Source of the DNA: Mesotaenium endlicherianum
Lineage: Eukaryota
Direction of reading: 5' to 3'
DNA length: 34,831 nucleotides
NCBI GenBank assembly: GCA_009602735.1
Contig: WELA01002449.1
Location: forward strand, 1 to 34,831
The notes under the pieces are model-generated. The model had not been told where the DNA came from. It saw nothing but the letters and a program-made list of their open reading frames with translations, and searched no databases. Both the position numbers and the translations under genes were made by a program. Positions 1-10,655 of this stretch are shown piece by piece. Position 1 is the stretch's first letter, and every line of letters begins with the position of its first letter.

Positions 1-176
1 CTGATTTGCATCATTGATGCTAGTTTACTCTCATTTGACTGACGAGTATTATTCACTGCTAGTGCGTTGTCCTTTTGTCGTTTAAACAGTTAACGGAAAG
101 TACCATAAAGCTTACTTGCTGATATATAGATCTTTATTAATTGTTAATCGCCTATTTGGTAAGTCGATTCATTTCA
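1..176 (+). repeat. Family-A LTR, 3' part (cut by window edge)
   Basis: Matches the last ~176 bp of the LTRs at 3783-4503, 14593-15338 and 22694-23413 and ends GATTCATTTCA. It is followed directly by protease-coding sequence rather than a PBS. Confidence 0.92.
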
Positions 177-2042
177 GTCACATACTTTTATCCACAAGGA
201 CTTAGTTAAGCGGCTAAGGCTGCCTACTGTCACCCAAGGGAATAGAAAAATATTCCTTGGAGATGCCTCAAGTATCCCGAGAGGAATTATAACCAAGCCT
301 ATTGAGGTCCAGTTAGATTCTGGCATTGCAATTCTAACTGAAGCGCTTACATTTGAGGTACTCAACACTGGCTTTTATGATCTCGTGCTAGGCAGGTCCT
401 GGCTTAATAGACATCAAGCTGAAGTGTGTTGGAGCAGAGGTACAGTTAAAGTGAGAGGAGCCAGTGATGGGCAGACTGACTTGGCACCCAGCAGTGCTCT
501 TCCTCTTGTCCTGTGTGGATAGCAAATGAAGGAAAAGAGGAGGCTTCCAGAAGGATGCAAGTTGCTGAATGCAATGGAGTTCGTCAAAAGCTGGAACCAG
601 AAGGAAGACAGAATGTTCTGTCTGCTGCTAAGAGAGGTACCTCCTCAACCTGAAGAAGTGGTGGAGAAAAAGGTAAGCTCTCCGGAGCACCCTACTGCTG
701 CGAAAATTGTTGCTCAGTACACGGGTGTATTTAATATGCCTCCAGGATTACCCCCTAAGCGGGAAGTAGATCATAGGATTGATTTATTACCTGGTAGTCA
801 GCCACCCTGGCAACGCACTTATGGCTTGTCTTATGTGGAGAGCGAGGAGTTGAAAACATAGATTGCAGAGCTTGAGGAGAATGGTTATATTTCTCCCAGT
901 AAATCACCTTACGGCGCACCCATCCTATTTGTTATGAAAAAGGATGGCAGTATGCGGATGTGTGTGGATTACAGAGCTCTGAACAGATTTACGGTAAAGA
1001 ACAAGTATGCCTTACCCAGAATCGAGGACTTGCTTGAGACCCTGTCTTGTGCTAAGGTATTAAGTATGATAGATCTCAAGAGTGGTTTTCATCAAATCAG
1101 AATTGCTGAGGGGGATGAACACAAGACTGCTTTCCGCACACGTTATGGACACTATGAGTTCAACGTGATGCCATTTGGACTGACTAATGCTCCTACTACC
1201 TTCATGGGTGCTATGAATGACATTTTCAAAACTTATTTGGATAAGTTTGTGCAAGTTTTCCTGGATGATGTTTTAATTTTCTCTAAAGATGAAGCTCAGC
1301 ACATTGAACACTTAAAGACTGTCCTGGACACTCTGAGGAAAAATCACTTATATGCGAAAATGAGCAAGTGTGATTTCTTCAAGGAAAGTATTGAATTCTT
1401 CGGCCACGTTGTCAGTAAAGAGGGCATTAGTGGGGATCCTAAGAAAGTCGAGACCATAAGGGACTGACCAGTACCACAGTCTGTCTCTGAAGTTAGATCC
1501 TTCCTCGGGTTGGCTAACTACTATAGGAGATTTATTGAGAATTATTCCACAAAGGCCAGTAAACTGACTGACCTTACTAAGAAAGACATAGGGTGTGTGT
1601 GGGGGAAAGAGCAGCAGGCTGCCTTCCAAACCCTTAAAGAGGCCCTTTGTTCTGCCCCAGTGCTAGCTGTGTATGACCCCAGCAAACCCGTGCAGGTGGT
1701 CACTGATGCCTCTGACTTTGCCATGGGTGCTATTTTGTTGCAGCCTGCTGACAAGACCACAAAGGATGGTAAGGTACGGCAGGAGTGGCACCCAGTGTTG
1801 TACGAGTCTATGAAATTTAATCCAGCAGAGATTAATTACTCAGTGCATGATAAGCAGCTGCTAGCTATCATTCATGTGCTCAAACAGTGGAGAGCATACT
1901 TACATGGTAAAGCCTTTAAGGTGATTACAGATCATCTAGCTCTGACCCACTTTCAGAAGAAGTCCAAGCTGTCGAGGAGGGAGAACCGCTGGAGCCAGAT
2001 GCTGGAGCAGTTCCAAGTCCAGATCGACTACAAACCAGGGAA
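177..2042 (+). pseudogene. pol: pol fragment (protease C-terminal part, RT, RNase H) of A1
   Basis: RT motifs [22 protein letters not shown] and RNase H motif TDASD. Premature stops at 520-522, 859-861 and 1465-1467, where the intact copy has TGG/CAG/TGG. Confidence 0.93.
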
Positions 2043-2043
2043 G

Positions 2044-3697
2044 ATGACTCAAAAGTCGGAACTCAAGAGGAAGAGAAGGGCGGAAGAGGCACATGCAGAA
2101 TACTTGCAATTCCGTGGAGACATCGAATCATCCTCCATCTCCGCTCGGGAATCACAACGACTCCAACAACAGCGGGAGGCACAGACGAAGAAGGAGGAGG
2201 AGGAACAGGTCAGACTGAGGCAGGAAGAAATGGACAGAAAAGCTGCAGAGGAGGCCAAGAAAGCAGAGGAGGAGAGGCAAGCTGAGGAGAGGCGGAAGCA
2301 GCAGGCTGAAGAAGAAGAACAGAGGAGAATCAGCAGCTACCGCTACACAATGCTGGGCAAGGGCTTTGATCTACTGGAGGAGGCCTTCAAGTATGCCCAG
2401 AGAAGTCGCAGTGAGTCGCAGAAGGAAATCCTCCAGAGGGAAGGGGAGACATCCGAAAACTTTGACAAGTATATAGAGGTCAGCACGGGGCTCCTCTTCT
2501 ACCACGATTACGCCAGGATGGTAGGATATACGGTCAGAGAGGCGAAAGCAATGGCCCAGGTGAACGCAGCAGGGGCTGTCTTGATTCCTGGTATCTGGGG
2601 GGAAGATAGGGTCATCAGGATGCTCCCCATGGATGCGGACAGCTTTAAGGACTCAACACCCCATAACAGGTTCAATGTATAATGAGGTGGAGAGAAGGAG
2701 CTGGGAATTCTTGGCCAGGGAAACCAGTCAGCTAGACTTTGCAGGGCACTGGTACCCTCGTACTCTTAAAAGGACAGACCCTGCCTTCTTCCAAAAGCCC
2801 ACTAATTGGCGGTGGATGACCATCAACATGAGGGACCAGCAGAATGACAGGGCGACGGATGAGGATTTCCTGACAGACCTAAAGGGGAACATAGTATTGC
2901 CCCCTCATATTGCGGCTTGGGACCCAAGATTGGATGGAGTCAGAGACTGCATGAGCCATGAGATGCAGGGGGACAGAAGCAGGGCCCGAGAGTCATTCTC
3001 AAAAGGGAAGCACGCTTATGCCAAATGGGCAAGCAAGCAGGGGGAAAAGGACCTCTATGCGGTCCGGACTCAGCAGCCCCCACCAGCACCCAAAAGGGGA
3101 AGGTCAGTAGGATATTCTTTTTCTCGGGAAGAGCTGGAGCAGCTGACAGAAGAGACCCCAGAAGTCTCAAAGGAACCCGGGGACGGAGAGGAGGAGGAGT
3201 CAGATGAAGACCAGGAGGAAGGCGAGGAGGAGGACACTAGCCCCGCCGTGATCCTGACACCTGCCACATCCCCTGTAAGGGAGAAGACGGGGTTGGCCCT
3301 GTAGCAACTCGCTGAAGAGGAGGATATCACTTGGCTGGGAACTGCCAGAGGACAGAGCCCATCTGCAGGCACGGAGACCTAGTCGGACAGGGCAGACAGA
3401 ATGGCTGCTCGGGAGATAGCCAGAGGCCTGCCAGCATCTTCCTTGCAGAGAGGGCATGTACCCTTGGCTCATGTCATGCAACATCCTTCTGGGATGCTGG
3501 TATACGTACCTATCAGTTTGAGGGCTGCCTAGGAGAAGGCTGCCTCCCTTCAGTTTCATACTGTGCAAGAGGAAACAGCCAAGTTACTGCGCTCTCCGCG
3601 GGGCCCCTACGCAGATCCCCCAGGCTTCAGGAGACCCCAAGACAGGAGAAGGTCTGGCTCCCCTGAGTATAGGGCCTCAGGGACATCTCCCTCCTAA
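2044..3697 (+). pseudogene. ORF3 type beta (accessory protein of unknown function), disrupted
   Basis: Starts [10 protein letters not shown], near-identical to 8163-9827 and homologous to 20904-22580 ([15 protein letters not shown], LPPHIAxWDPRL, FSKGKHA). Has a 5-bp deletion near 2677 relative to A2 and several C>T stops. Confidence 0.88.
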
Positions 3698-3782
3698 TGG
3701 CAGTAGGCTGGGGACGGAAGGGACAGCACGCTGTTATTAGTGTTAGTGTTGTCGAGGCGACAACATGATAAGTTGGAGGGAT

Positions 3783-4503
3783 TGTAATGAATCAGTATAT
3801 TGGTTGACATAATATTCATTTAAATAATATAGTGAAATAAGTTCAGCCTGCTGAACTCTACTTAATGATCAGTCTGCTGGACTTTATATTTAATATCAGT
3901 TTAATGACTCAGCCGGAAGCAGCAGGCTGATGTCAGCTTAAGTCAGCTTGCTGACACATTCTTTGACAGCCAGCTGACTTCCGTACTCGATAGCAGCAAA
4001 TTGCCTCAATATGCATCTAAGTGTGGTATGCTAGATGAATGGCCAGATGACATCCCTATGATGGATGTCGATTCGGGATGATGGGAGATGGTGGTGGATT
4101 TGGTTAACCGAGGTCCTACTAACGTGGTTAACTCCTGGGTAGGCGGTGCCATCGCACTGGCCGTTGAACAGTAAACTCATTCCATGTACATATGCTAGGC
4201 ATTGCTCTCGAGTTCGGCATTCGGAAACGAGGCCAACTCTCTTGTACAGCTTACTGAGAGAGATCTGAATCCAAGGCGAGAAGCCATTGATACGCACTGT
4301 CTTCTAACCTTGCTTATGTATGAGTTTACTGATTTGCATTATTGATGCTAGTTTACTCGCATTTGACTTACGAGTATTATTCACTGCTAGTGTGTTGTTC
4401 TTTGCCGTTTAACCAGTTAACGAAAAATACCATAAAGATTACTTGCTGATATAAAGATCTTCATTAATTGTTAATCGCCTATTTGGTAAGTCGATTCATT
4501 TCA
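3783..4503 (+). repeat. Family-A 3' LTR of A1 (721 bp)
   Basis: TGTAATGAATC...GATTCATTTCA termini, preceded by PPT AAGTTGGAGGGA. Confidence 0.95.
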
Positions 4504-6140
4504 ACCGGGGATGTGGTCAATCTTCGCTTTAACTCTTGAAATGCCTCTTCCTCTTTCTCGGTCCATGTATAAAGCCTGTTCTTCTTGAGTAGATCTGTTA
4601 GGGGGGCTGCTATGTGCGAGATGATTTGGATGAATCTTCTATACCAATTGGCAAATCTCAAGAATGACTGGAGTTCTTTCTTGGTCGTGGGGGTTGGCCA
4701 TTCCTCCACCACCGTGGTCTTCTTGGGGTCCATCTTGATGCCATCAGCAGTCACGTGGAGACCTAGGAAGTCCACTTCTTGTTTGGCAAACTCGCACTTT
4801 GACTCCTTTGCAAATAGCTTGTTTTGCTTTAATACTTCAAGGACTTCTTTCAAGTGTCTCGCATGCTCTTCAAGGATCTTGCTGTAGATAAGGATGTCAT
4901 CAATGAATACCACCACAAATCTGTCCAACATAGGCTAAAATGTGGTGTTCATCATAGTCATGAAAGTTGCTGGCGCATTGGTGAGTCCAAATGGCAGGAC
5001 CATGAACTCAAAATGTCCATATCTTGTCCTGAATGCCGTCTTCTCTATGTCCGGTTCTGCGATGGGAATCTGGTGGTAGCCGCTTCTCAAGTCCACCTTT
5101 GTGAAGTACTTGGCTCCAACCAACCGGTCCATGAGCGCATCTATGCGCGGCAGCGGGTACCGATTCTTGATGGTGATCTTGTTGAGGGCGCGATAGCCAC
5201 ACACATCCTCAAGGTACCATCTTTCTTCTTGACAAATAGCACCGGGGCTCCAAATGGCGACTTGCTAGGTCCAATGAAGCCATGCTCCAGTAGCTCCTTG
5301 ATTTGCTTCTTGACTTTGTCTAGCTCCGTGTATGACATTTTGAACGTAGGCCGAGAGATGGGCTTGCTTCCGGGCTCCAACTCTATCTTGTGGTCTACGA
5401 ATCTTTTGGGGGGTAGGCCCTTGGGCAATTCCGGGGAGAACACTTCTTTGTAGTCCTCTAAGACTTCTTGTATCTCCTTGGGAACTGAGCTGCCTTCTTG
5501 ACTCTCAATGTCTTTCTTGATGTCTTTTGGCGTGATCAAGGCCAAAAGAAGCTCGTGTCCCTTCCTCACAAGTCTCTTGAGTTGGAGGGCGGACAATAGT
5601 ATCTCGTGTGCCGGCTTCTCGATGTCTTGGGTCTGGATATTCTGGATTGCGCGCGAAATACAGATTCTTGAAGTGATGTCATTCTTGATCTTGATAGTAC
5701 CGGTCCTCCAATCAACTTGGGGGTTGTGCTTGGTCAACCAAGGCGTCCCTAGGATGACGTCGTACTTGCCCAATTGCATGGGGGAGAACACTACTCTATC
5801 CTTGAAGGACTTGATAGAGAGTGCCAAGGGGTACGTCTTCTTGGAAGGGGTAGTATAGGAGAATCCATCGGGCATCATAATCTCCTCGTTGTGGTCAAGA
5901 GTTCGCATAGTAATACCGTGCTTGGTGGCAAAATTTGCAGCAATGAAGTTGCCTTGAGCTCCGCTATCCACCAAGATGTGGACCTTCTCTCCTCCAAGGT
6001 AACCTCTCAAACTCATTGGGGCTGGAACGTCGTCTTCAACGGGGGCTTCCACCTCACTTGGCTTGTTGTCTTCTCGTGAAGTGGGTCTTGAGGTGGTAGG
6101 CTCCTGGCCTACCGGCGCTGTCCGTTGTTTGACAACTTTT
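4504..6140 (-). pseudogene. pol: pol fragment (protease + RT) of C1
   Basis: [53 protein letters not shown]. Frameshift near 5205 and stop at 4932-4934. Confidence 0.9.
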
Positions 6141-7407
6141 TGGGGCATGAAAGTGCACGATGGCCCTTTTCCTTGCAATAAAAGTATAGTCCAGCCGTCA
6201 TGAGAGCTTCTTTTTCAGCCGGAGAGAGTCTTGCTTTCNAGAGAGTCTTTCTTTCACTCCTTGCTGGTTTCTTGCATCATAAGTGTCATTGGAGGGTCTT
6301 CCACTCTTCCGAGCACCCGCGGGGTCCCTTTTAATAACTCTGATTTCCATGGGTGTGGGTCCTGATTCGGATGTGGAAGGGGCTGCGTACACCCGCGTCG
6401 CCGGAACCCGTGAAGATGAAGGCACGGAGTGCTTGAAATCCAAGGTATCCACCTTTTGGGCCACTTCAATGATCTTTGAGAAGTCCGTCAAGTCGCGTAA
6501 CTCCACTTCCTTTGCCACCTTGGGTTTGAGGCCAAAGATGTAACGGTCAATCTTCTCCTCGAGAGACATGTTGGGGATCTCAAGAGTGAGGGCGTAAACT
6601 TTGGATGTATACTCTTGAACGGACGTCGTTTGCTTGAGATGGTGGAGCTTTCCTCGGGCAATCTTCTCCGCATTGATGGGCATGAATTGCTTCTTGAGGG
6701 CCTCACGAAAATCTGCCCATCTTGCATATGATGGTGGGGGCTCTTGGCCGAGCATGGGGGTGGGCCATAGCTTGATGTATAGCCGCTTGATAGTTACGCC
6801 ACCATGATGTTGCTGCTCCTCTAAGTAAGGTAACGGCAAAGGGAACGTAGTCCTCCTCGGGTACTTCAAGGAACGCGAGGTACGTCTCCACTTGGTAGAG
6901 CCATAAATTCAGGTTGGCACCTTTCCCGGGGTTGAAAGTGTCGGGTTTGACGGGCTTGATGAGTTTCCTTGCTCTCGTTGGCTCTTGTGGAGGCGCTTGA
7001 GCCGGGGCTGGATTTTGAGCATTGCTCGCAATAGGGGCAACCATGGCAGCCATAGCTTCTCTTGACGCTTGCACGGTTGCTTCATAGGTGGCCAAGCCCA
7101 CTTGGTTGTGGACGGTCATTAGGAAGGCTGCCCACTCATTTGCGGGAACTCCTTGTGGTGGGGTCAACTTTGCTATAGCGGCTGCCACGGGATTTGACGG
7201 TGCTCCTCCTTGTGGTGCTTCTTGTTGTTGCAGATTTCCTTGAGTAGGCTCTCCCATCGGCGCTGGAGGAGGGTGTGCTCCTCCTTGTGGTGCTTCTTGT
7301 TGTTGCAGATTTTCTTGAGTGGGCTCTCCCATCGGCGCTGAAGGAGGGTGTCTTGGAGAGGAAGGGCTTCCTTCGAAAGCTTGCTGTTGGTCTTGAGAAC
7401 CGGCCAT
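6109..7407 (-). pseudogene. gag: gag of C1, frameshifted
   Basis: ATG 7407 just after the PBS. Retrotransposon gag motifs (LLRGAATSWW, LKQTTSVQEY, GPTPMEI) and a degenerate zinc knuckle GLYFYCKEKGHRALSC ending at TAG 6109-6111. Frame breaks near 6750 and at the N (6239). Confidence 0.87.
7201..7350 (-). repeat. 2 x 75-bp in-frame tandem repeat in the C1 gag N-terminus
   Basis: 7201-7275 and 7276-7350 are near-identical and each encode HPPxAPMGEPTQxNLQQQEAPQGGA. Confidence 0.9.
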
Positions 7408-7431
7408 CTTCTTGTGCTACCAAAGTGCCTA

Positions 7432-7443
7432 GCTCCGATACTA
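7432..7443 (-). other. Primer-binding site of C1 (tRNA-iMet type, TGG mutated to TAG)
   Basis: Minus strand TAGTATCGGAGC, 1 nt after the LTR end. Confidence 0.8.
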
Positions 7444-7444
7444 C

Positions 7445-7946
7445 TGTAGTGAAACAGACAGATAAAGTACTTAGTAAAATAGTATACTTTATCTATTTAA
7501 GACAAGGATCTTTGAACACAAGTGGTAGCTTCTTGAAAGAGAGATGACTTCTTGAAAGTTAATATATTTCTGGATTTTGGCTAGTACAAGAGTGATTCTG
7601 GAATGTCTTTCTCTGTTCTAGCTCTTCTTTATATACTTGCTACATAAGTAATTTCTAGGAAGGTGTATGTTGATGTGTTGGCACCCAACACATCCCAAAA
7701 CTTGCCACCTCTTTCTAGAATAATGTACACATGTCCTTTTGACCTAAAAATGGCACATTTGACTTTTGCCACATGGAGTTCTTCTAGGTCCTTCCTCTAA
7801 CTTCGAAAATGCCTTGGAAGGTTCAAAGGACATGAACCAAGTTACTAGAGTACCTATTCACACTTGAATCCACACAATACTACTCCAAATATATTTGAAA
7901 ACATCATATATATGCAAACTAATATATAATAACTCAAATCACTACA
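7445..7946 (-). repeat. Family-C 5' LTR of C1 (502 bp)
   Basis: TGTAGTG...CACTACA inverted termini; homologous to 23685-24187 and, inverted, to 24264-24764. Confidence 0.93.
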
Positions 7947-8162
7947 CTCGGGATCAGCCAGAAAATTTCTGATCACCATATTACACACTCAAGCTGCGCT
8001 CACACTCACTTTCTCTCTAACTCAATTCACCCTTATATTCACTCACACCAGGTATTTCACACTAGGAGCCCCTCCCCCTATCGCATTTTTCTTCATCAAG
8101 GGCACTCGATGGCGGCAACATATCATGACTTCACTAACTGCATTGTGTTATGATTGAGCAGG

Positions 8163-9827
8163 ATGACTCAAAAGTCGGAACTTAAGAGGAAGAGAAGAGC
8201 GGAAGAGGCACATGCAGAATACTTGCAATACCGTGGCGACATCGAATCATCCTCCATCTCCGCTCGGGAATCACAACGTCTCCAACAACAGCGGGAGGCA
8301 CTGAAGAAAAAGGAGGAGGAGGAACAGGCCAGACTGAGGCAGGAAGAAATGGACATAAAAGCTGCAGAGGAGGCCAAGAAAGCAGAGGAGGAGAGGCAAG
8401 CCGAGGAGAGGTGGAAGCAGCAGGCTGAAGAAGAGCAGAGGAGGATCAGCAGCTACCGCTACACAGTGCTGGGAAAGGGCTTTGATCTATTGGAGGAGGC
8501 CTTCAAGTATGCTCAGAGAAGTTGCAGTGAGTCACGGAAGGACATCCTACAGAGGGAAGGGGAGACATCCGAAAACTTTGACAAGTATATAGAGGTCAGC
8601 ACAGGGCTCCTCCTCTACCACAATTACGCCAGGATGGTAGGATATACGGTCAGAGAGGCCAAGGCAATGGCCCAGGTGAACGAAGCAGGGGCTGTATCAA
8701 TTTCGGGTATCTGGGGGAAAGAGAGGGTCATCAGGATGATCCCCATGGACGCGGACAACTTTAAGGACTCTACATCCCATAACAGGTTCAAGGCCATGTA
8801 TAATGAGGTGGAGAGAAGGAGCTGGGAATTCTTGGCCAGGGAAACCAATCAGCTGGACTTTGCAGGGCATTGGTACCCTTGTACTCTGAAAAGGACAGAC
8901 CTTGCCTTCTTCTAGAAGCCCACCGATTGGCGGTGGATGACCATCAACATGAGGGACCAGCAGAATGACAAGGCGACGGATGAGAATTTCCTAACAGACC
9001 TAAAGGGGAACATAGCATTGCCCCCTCACATTGCGGCTTGGAACCCAAGATTGGATGGAGTAAGAGACTACATGAGCCAAAAAATGCAAGAGGACAGGAG
9101 CAGGGCCTGAGAGTCATTCTCTAAAGGGAAGCTTGCTTATGCCAAATGGGCAAGCAAGCAGGGGGAAAAGGACCTAGATACGGTCCGGACTCAGCAGTCC
9201 CCACCAGCACCCAAAAGGGGAAGGTCAGTGGGATATTCTTTTTCTCGGGAAGAGCTGGAGCAGTTGACAGAGGAGACCCCAGCAGTCTCAAAGGAACCAG
9301 GGGACGGAGAGGAGGAGGGGTCAGAGGAAGAAGAGGAGGAAGGCGAGGAGGAGGACACTAGCCCTGCCGTGATCCTGACATCTGCCACATCCCCTGTAAG
9401 GGAGAAGACTGGGTTGGCCCTGCAGCAGCTCGCTGAAGAGGAAGATATCACTTGGCTGGGAATTGCCAGAGGACAGAGCCCATCCCCAGGCACGGAGACT
9501 CAGTCAGACAGGGCAGACAGGAGGGCTGCTAGAGAAATAGCTAGAGGCCTGCCGGCATCTCCCTCGCAGAGAGGGCATGTACCCTTAGCTCATGTCATGC
9601 ACTATCCTTCTGGGATGCCGGTATATGTACCAGTCAGTTTGAGGGCTGCCCAGGAGAAGGCTGCCTCCATTCAGTTTCAGACCGTGCAGGAGGAAAGATC
9701 ACAGTTACTGCGTTCTCCGCAGGGTCCCTACACGGAGCCCCCCTCTCTGACAGGCTTCAGAAGACCCCAAGACAGGAGGAGGTCTGACTCCCCTGACCAT
9801 AGGGCTCCAGGGGCATCTCCCACCTAA
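8163..9827 (+). pseudogene. ORF3 type beta (554 codons, in-frame stops at 8913 and 9108)
   Basis: Single reading frame from ATG 8163 to TAA 9827 with two stops (TAG, TGA) where A1 has CAA/CGA; homologous to the intact ORF3. Confidence 0.88.
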
Positions 9828-9946
9828 GGGCAGAGGGCCAAGGGCACAGCACGCCGTATGTGAGAGGGATCAGTTATTTCAGTTGGGGAAACCCACGTCC
9901 CCTGTGTCAGTGTTGTCGAGGCGACAACATGTTAAGTTGGAGGAAT

Positions 9947-10655
9947 TGTAATGAATCAGTATATTGGCTGATATAATATAACAATTAAATATGTTCAGCC
10001 TGCTAAACTCTAGTTAATAATCAATCTGCTGGACTTTATGTTTATTATCAGTCTAATGACTCAGCCGGAAGCAGCAGGTTGAAGTCAAGCCTAAGTTAGC
10101 TCGCTGACACATTCCTTGACAGCCAGCTGACTTCCGTACTCGGTCGCAGCGAACTGCCTAGATATGCATCTAAGTGAGATATGCTAGATGAATAGCCAGA
10201 TGACATCCCTAGGATGGATCGCGATTTGGGATGATGGGAGATGGCGGTGGATTTGGTTAATCGAGGTCCTGCCAGCGTGGTTAACTCCCGCGTAGGCGGT
10301 GCCATCGCACTTGCCGTTGAACAGGAAACTCATTCCATGTACATATGCTAGGTATTGCTCCCGAGTTCGGCATTTGGAAACGAGGCCAACTCTCTTGTAC
10401 AGCTTACTGAGAGAGATCTGAATCCAAGGCGAGAAGCCATTGATATGCACTGTCTTCTAACCTTGCTTATGTATGAGTTTACTGATTGCGTTACCGATGC
10501 TAGTTTACTTGCATTTGACTCGCGAAGTGTTGTCTACTGCTAGTGTGTTGTCCTTCGCTGTTTAATCGATTTACAGCAATACCATAAAGATTACTTGCTG
10601 ATATAAAGATCTTCATTAATTATTAATCGTATATTTGGTAAGTCGATTCATTTCA
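9947..10655 (+). repeat. Family-A 3' LTR of A2 (709 bp, more diverged)
   Basis: TGTAATGAATC...GATTCATTTCA termini; homologous to the other A LTRs. Confidence 0.94.

Larger units (their letters stand above)
177..4503 (+). mobile_element. Defective family-A Ty3/gypsy element A1 (PR-RT-RH joined to ORF3, integrase absent, 3' LTR)
   Basis: 177-2042 is near-identical to 17157-19021 of the intact element. It is followed by ORF3 type beta, hairpin + PPT (3747-3781) and LTR 3783-4503, which interrupts the RT of element C1. Confidence 0.9.
4504..7946 (-). mobile_element. Family-C Ty3/gypsy element C1, 5' half (LTR-PBS-gag-PR-RT), interrupted by A1
   Basis: Minus-strand LTR 7445-7946, PBS 7432-7443, gag, protease LVDSGA and RT FIDD. 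The RT is cut at 4504 by the A1 LTR. Confidence 0.92.
7947..10655 (+). mobile_element. Family-A element A2, 3' part (ORF3 leader, ORF3 beta, PPT, 3' LTR), interrupted by C1
   Basis: ORF3 8163-9827, hairpin TGTTGTCG-AGG-CGACAACA 9911-9929, PPT, LTR 9947-10655. Confidence 0.9.

Noticed and set aside
6222..6256. Apparent short duplication and frameshift in C1 gag
   Set aside because: A near-duplicated GAGAGTCTT.CTTTC flanks a single N, typical of a contig-join artefact.
7201..7350. CRISPR-like repeat
   Set aside because: Only two adjacent units with no spacers, in frame inside gag, in a eukaryotic context.
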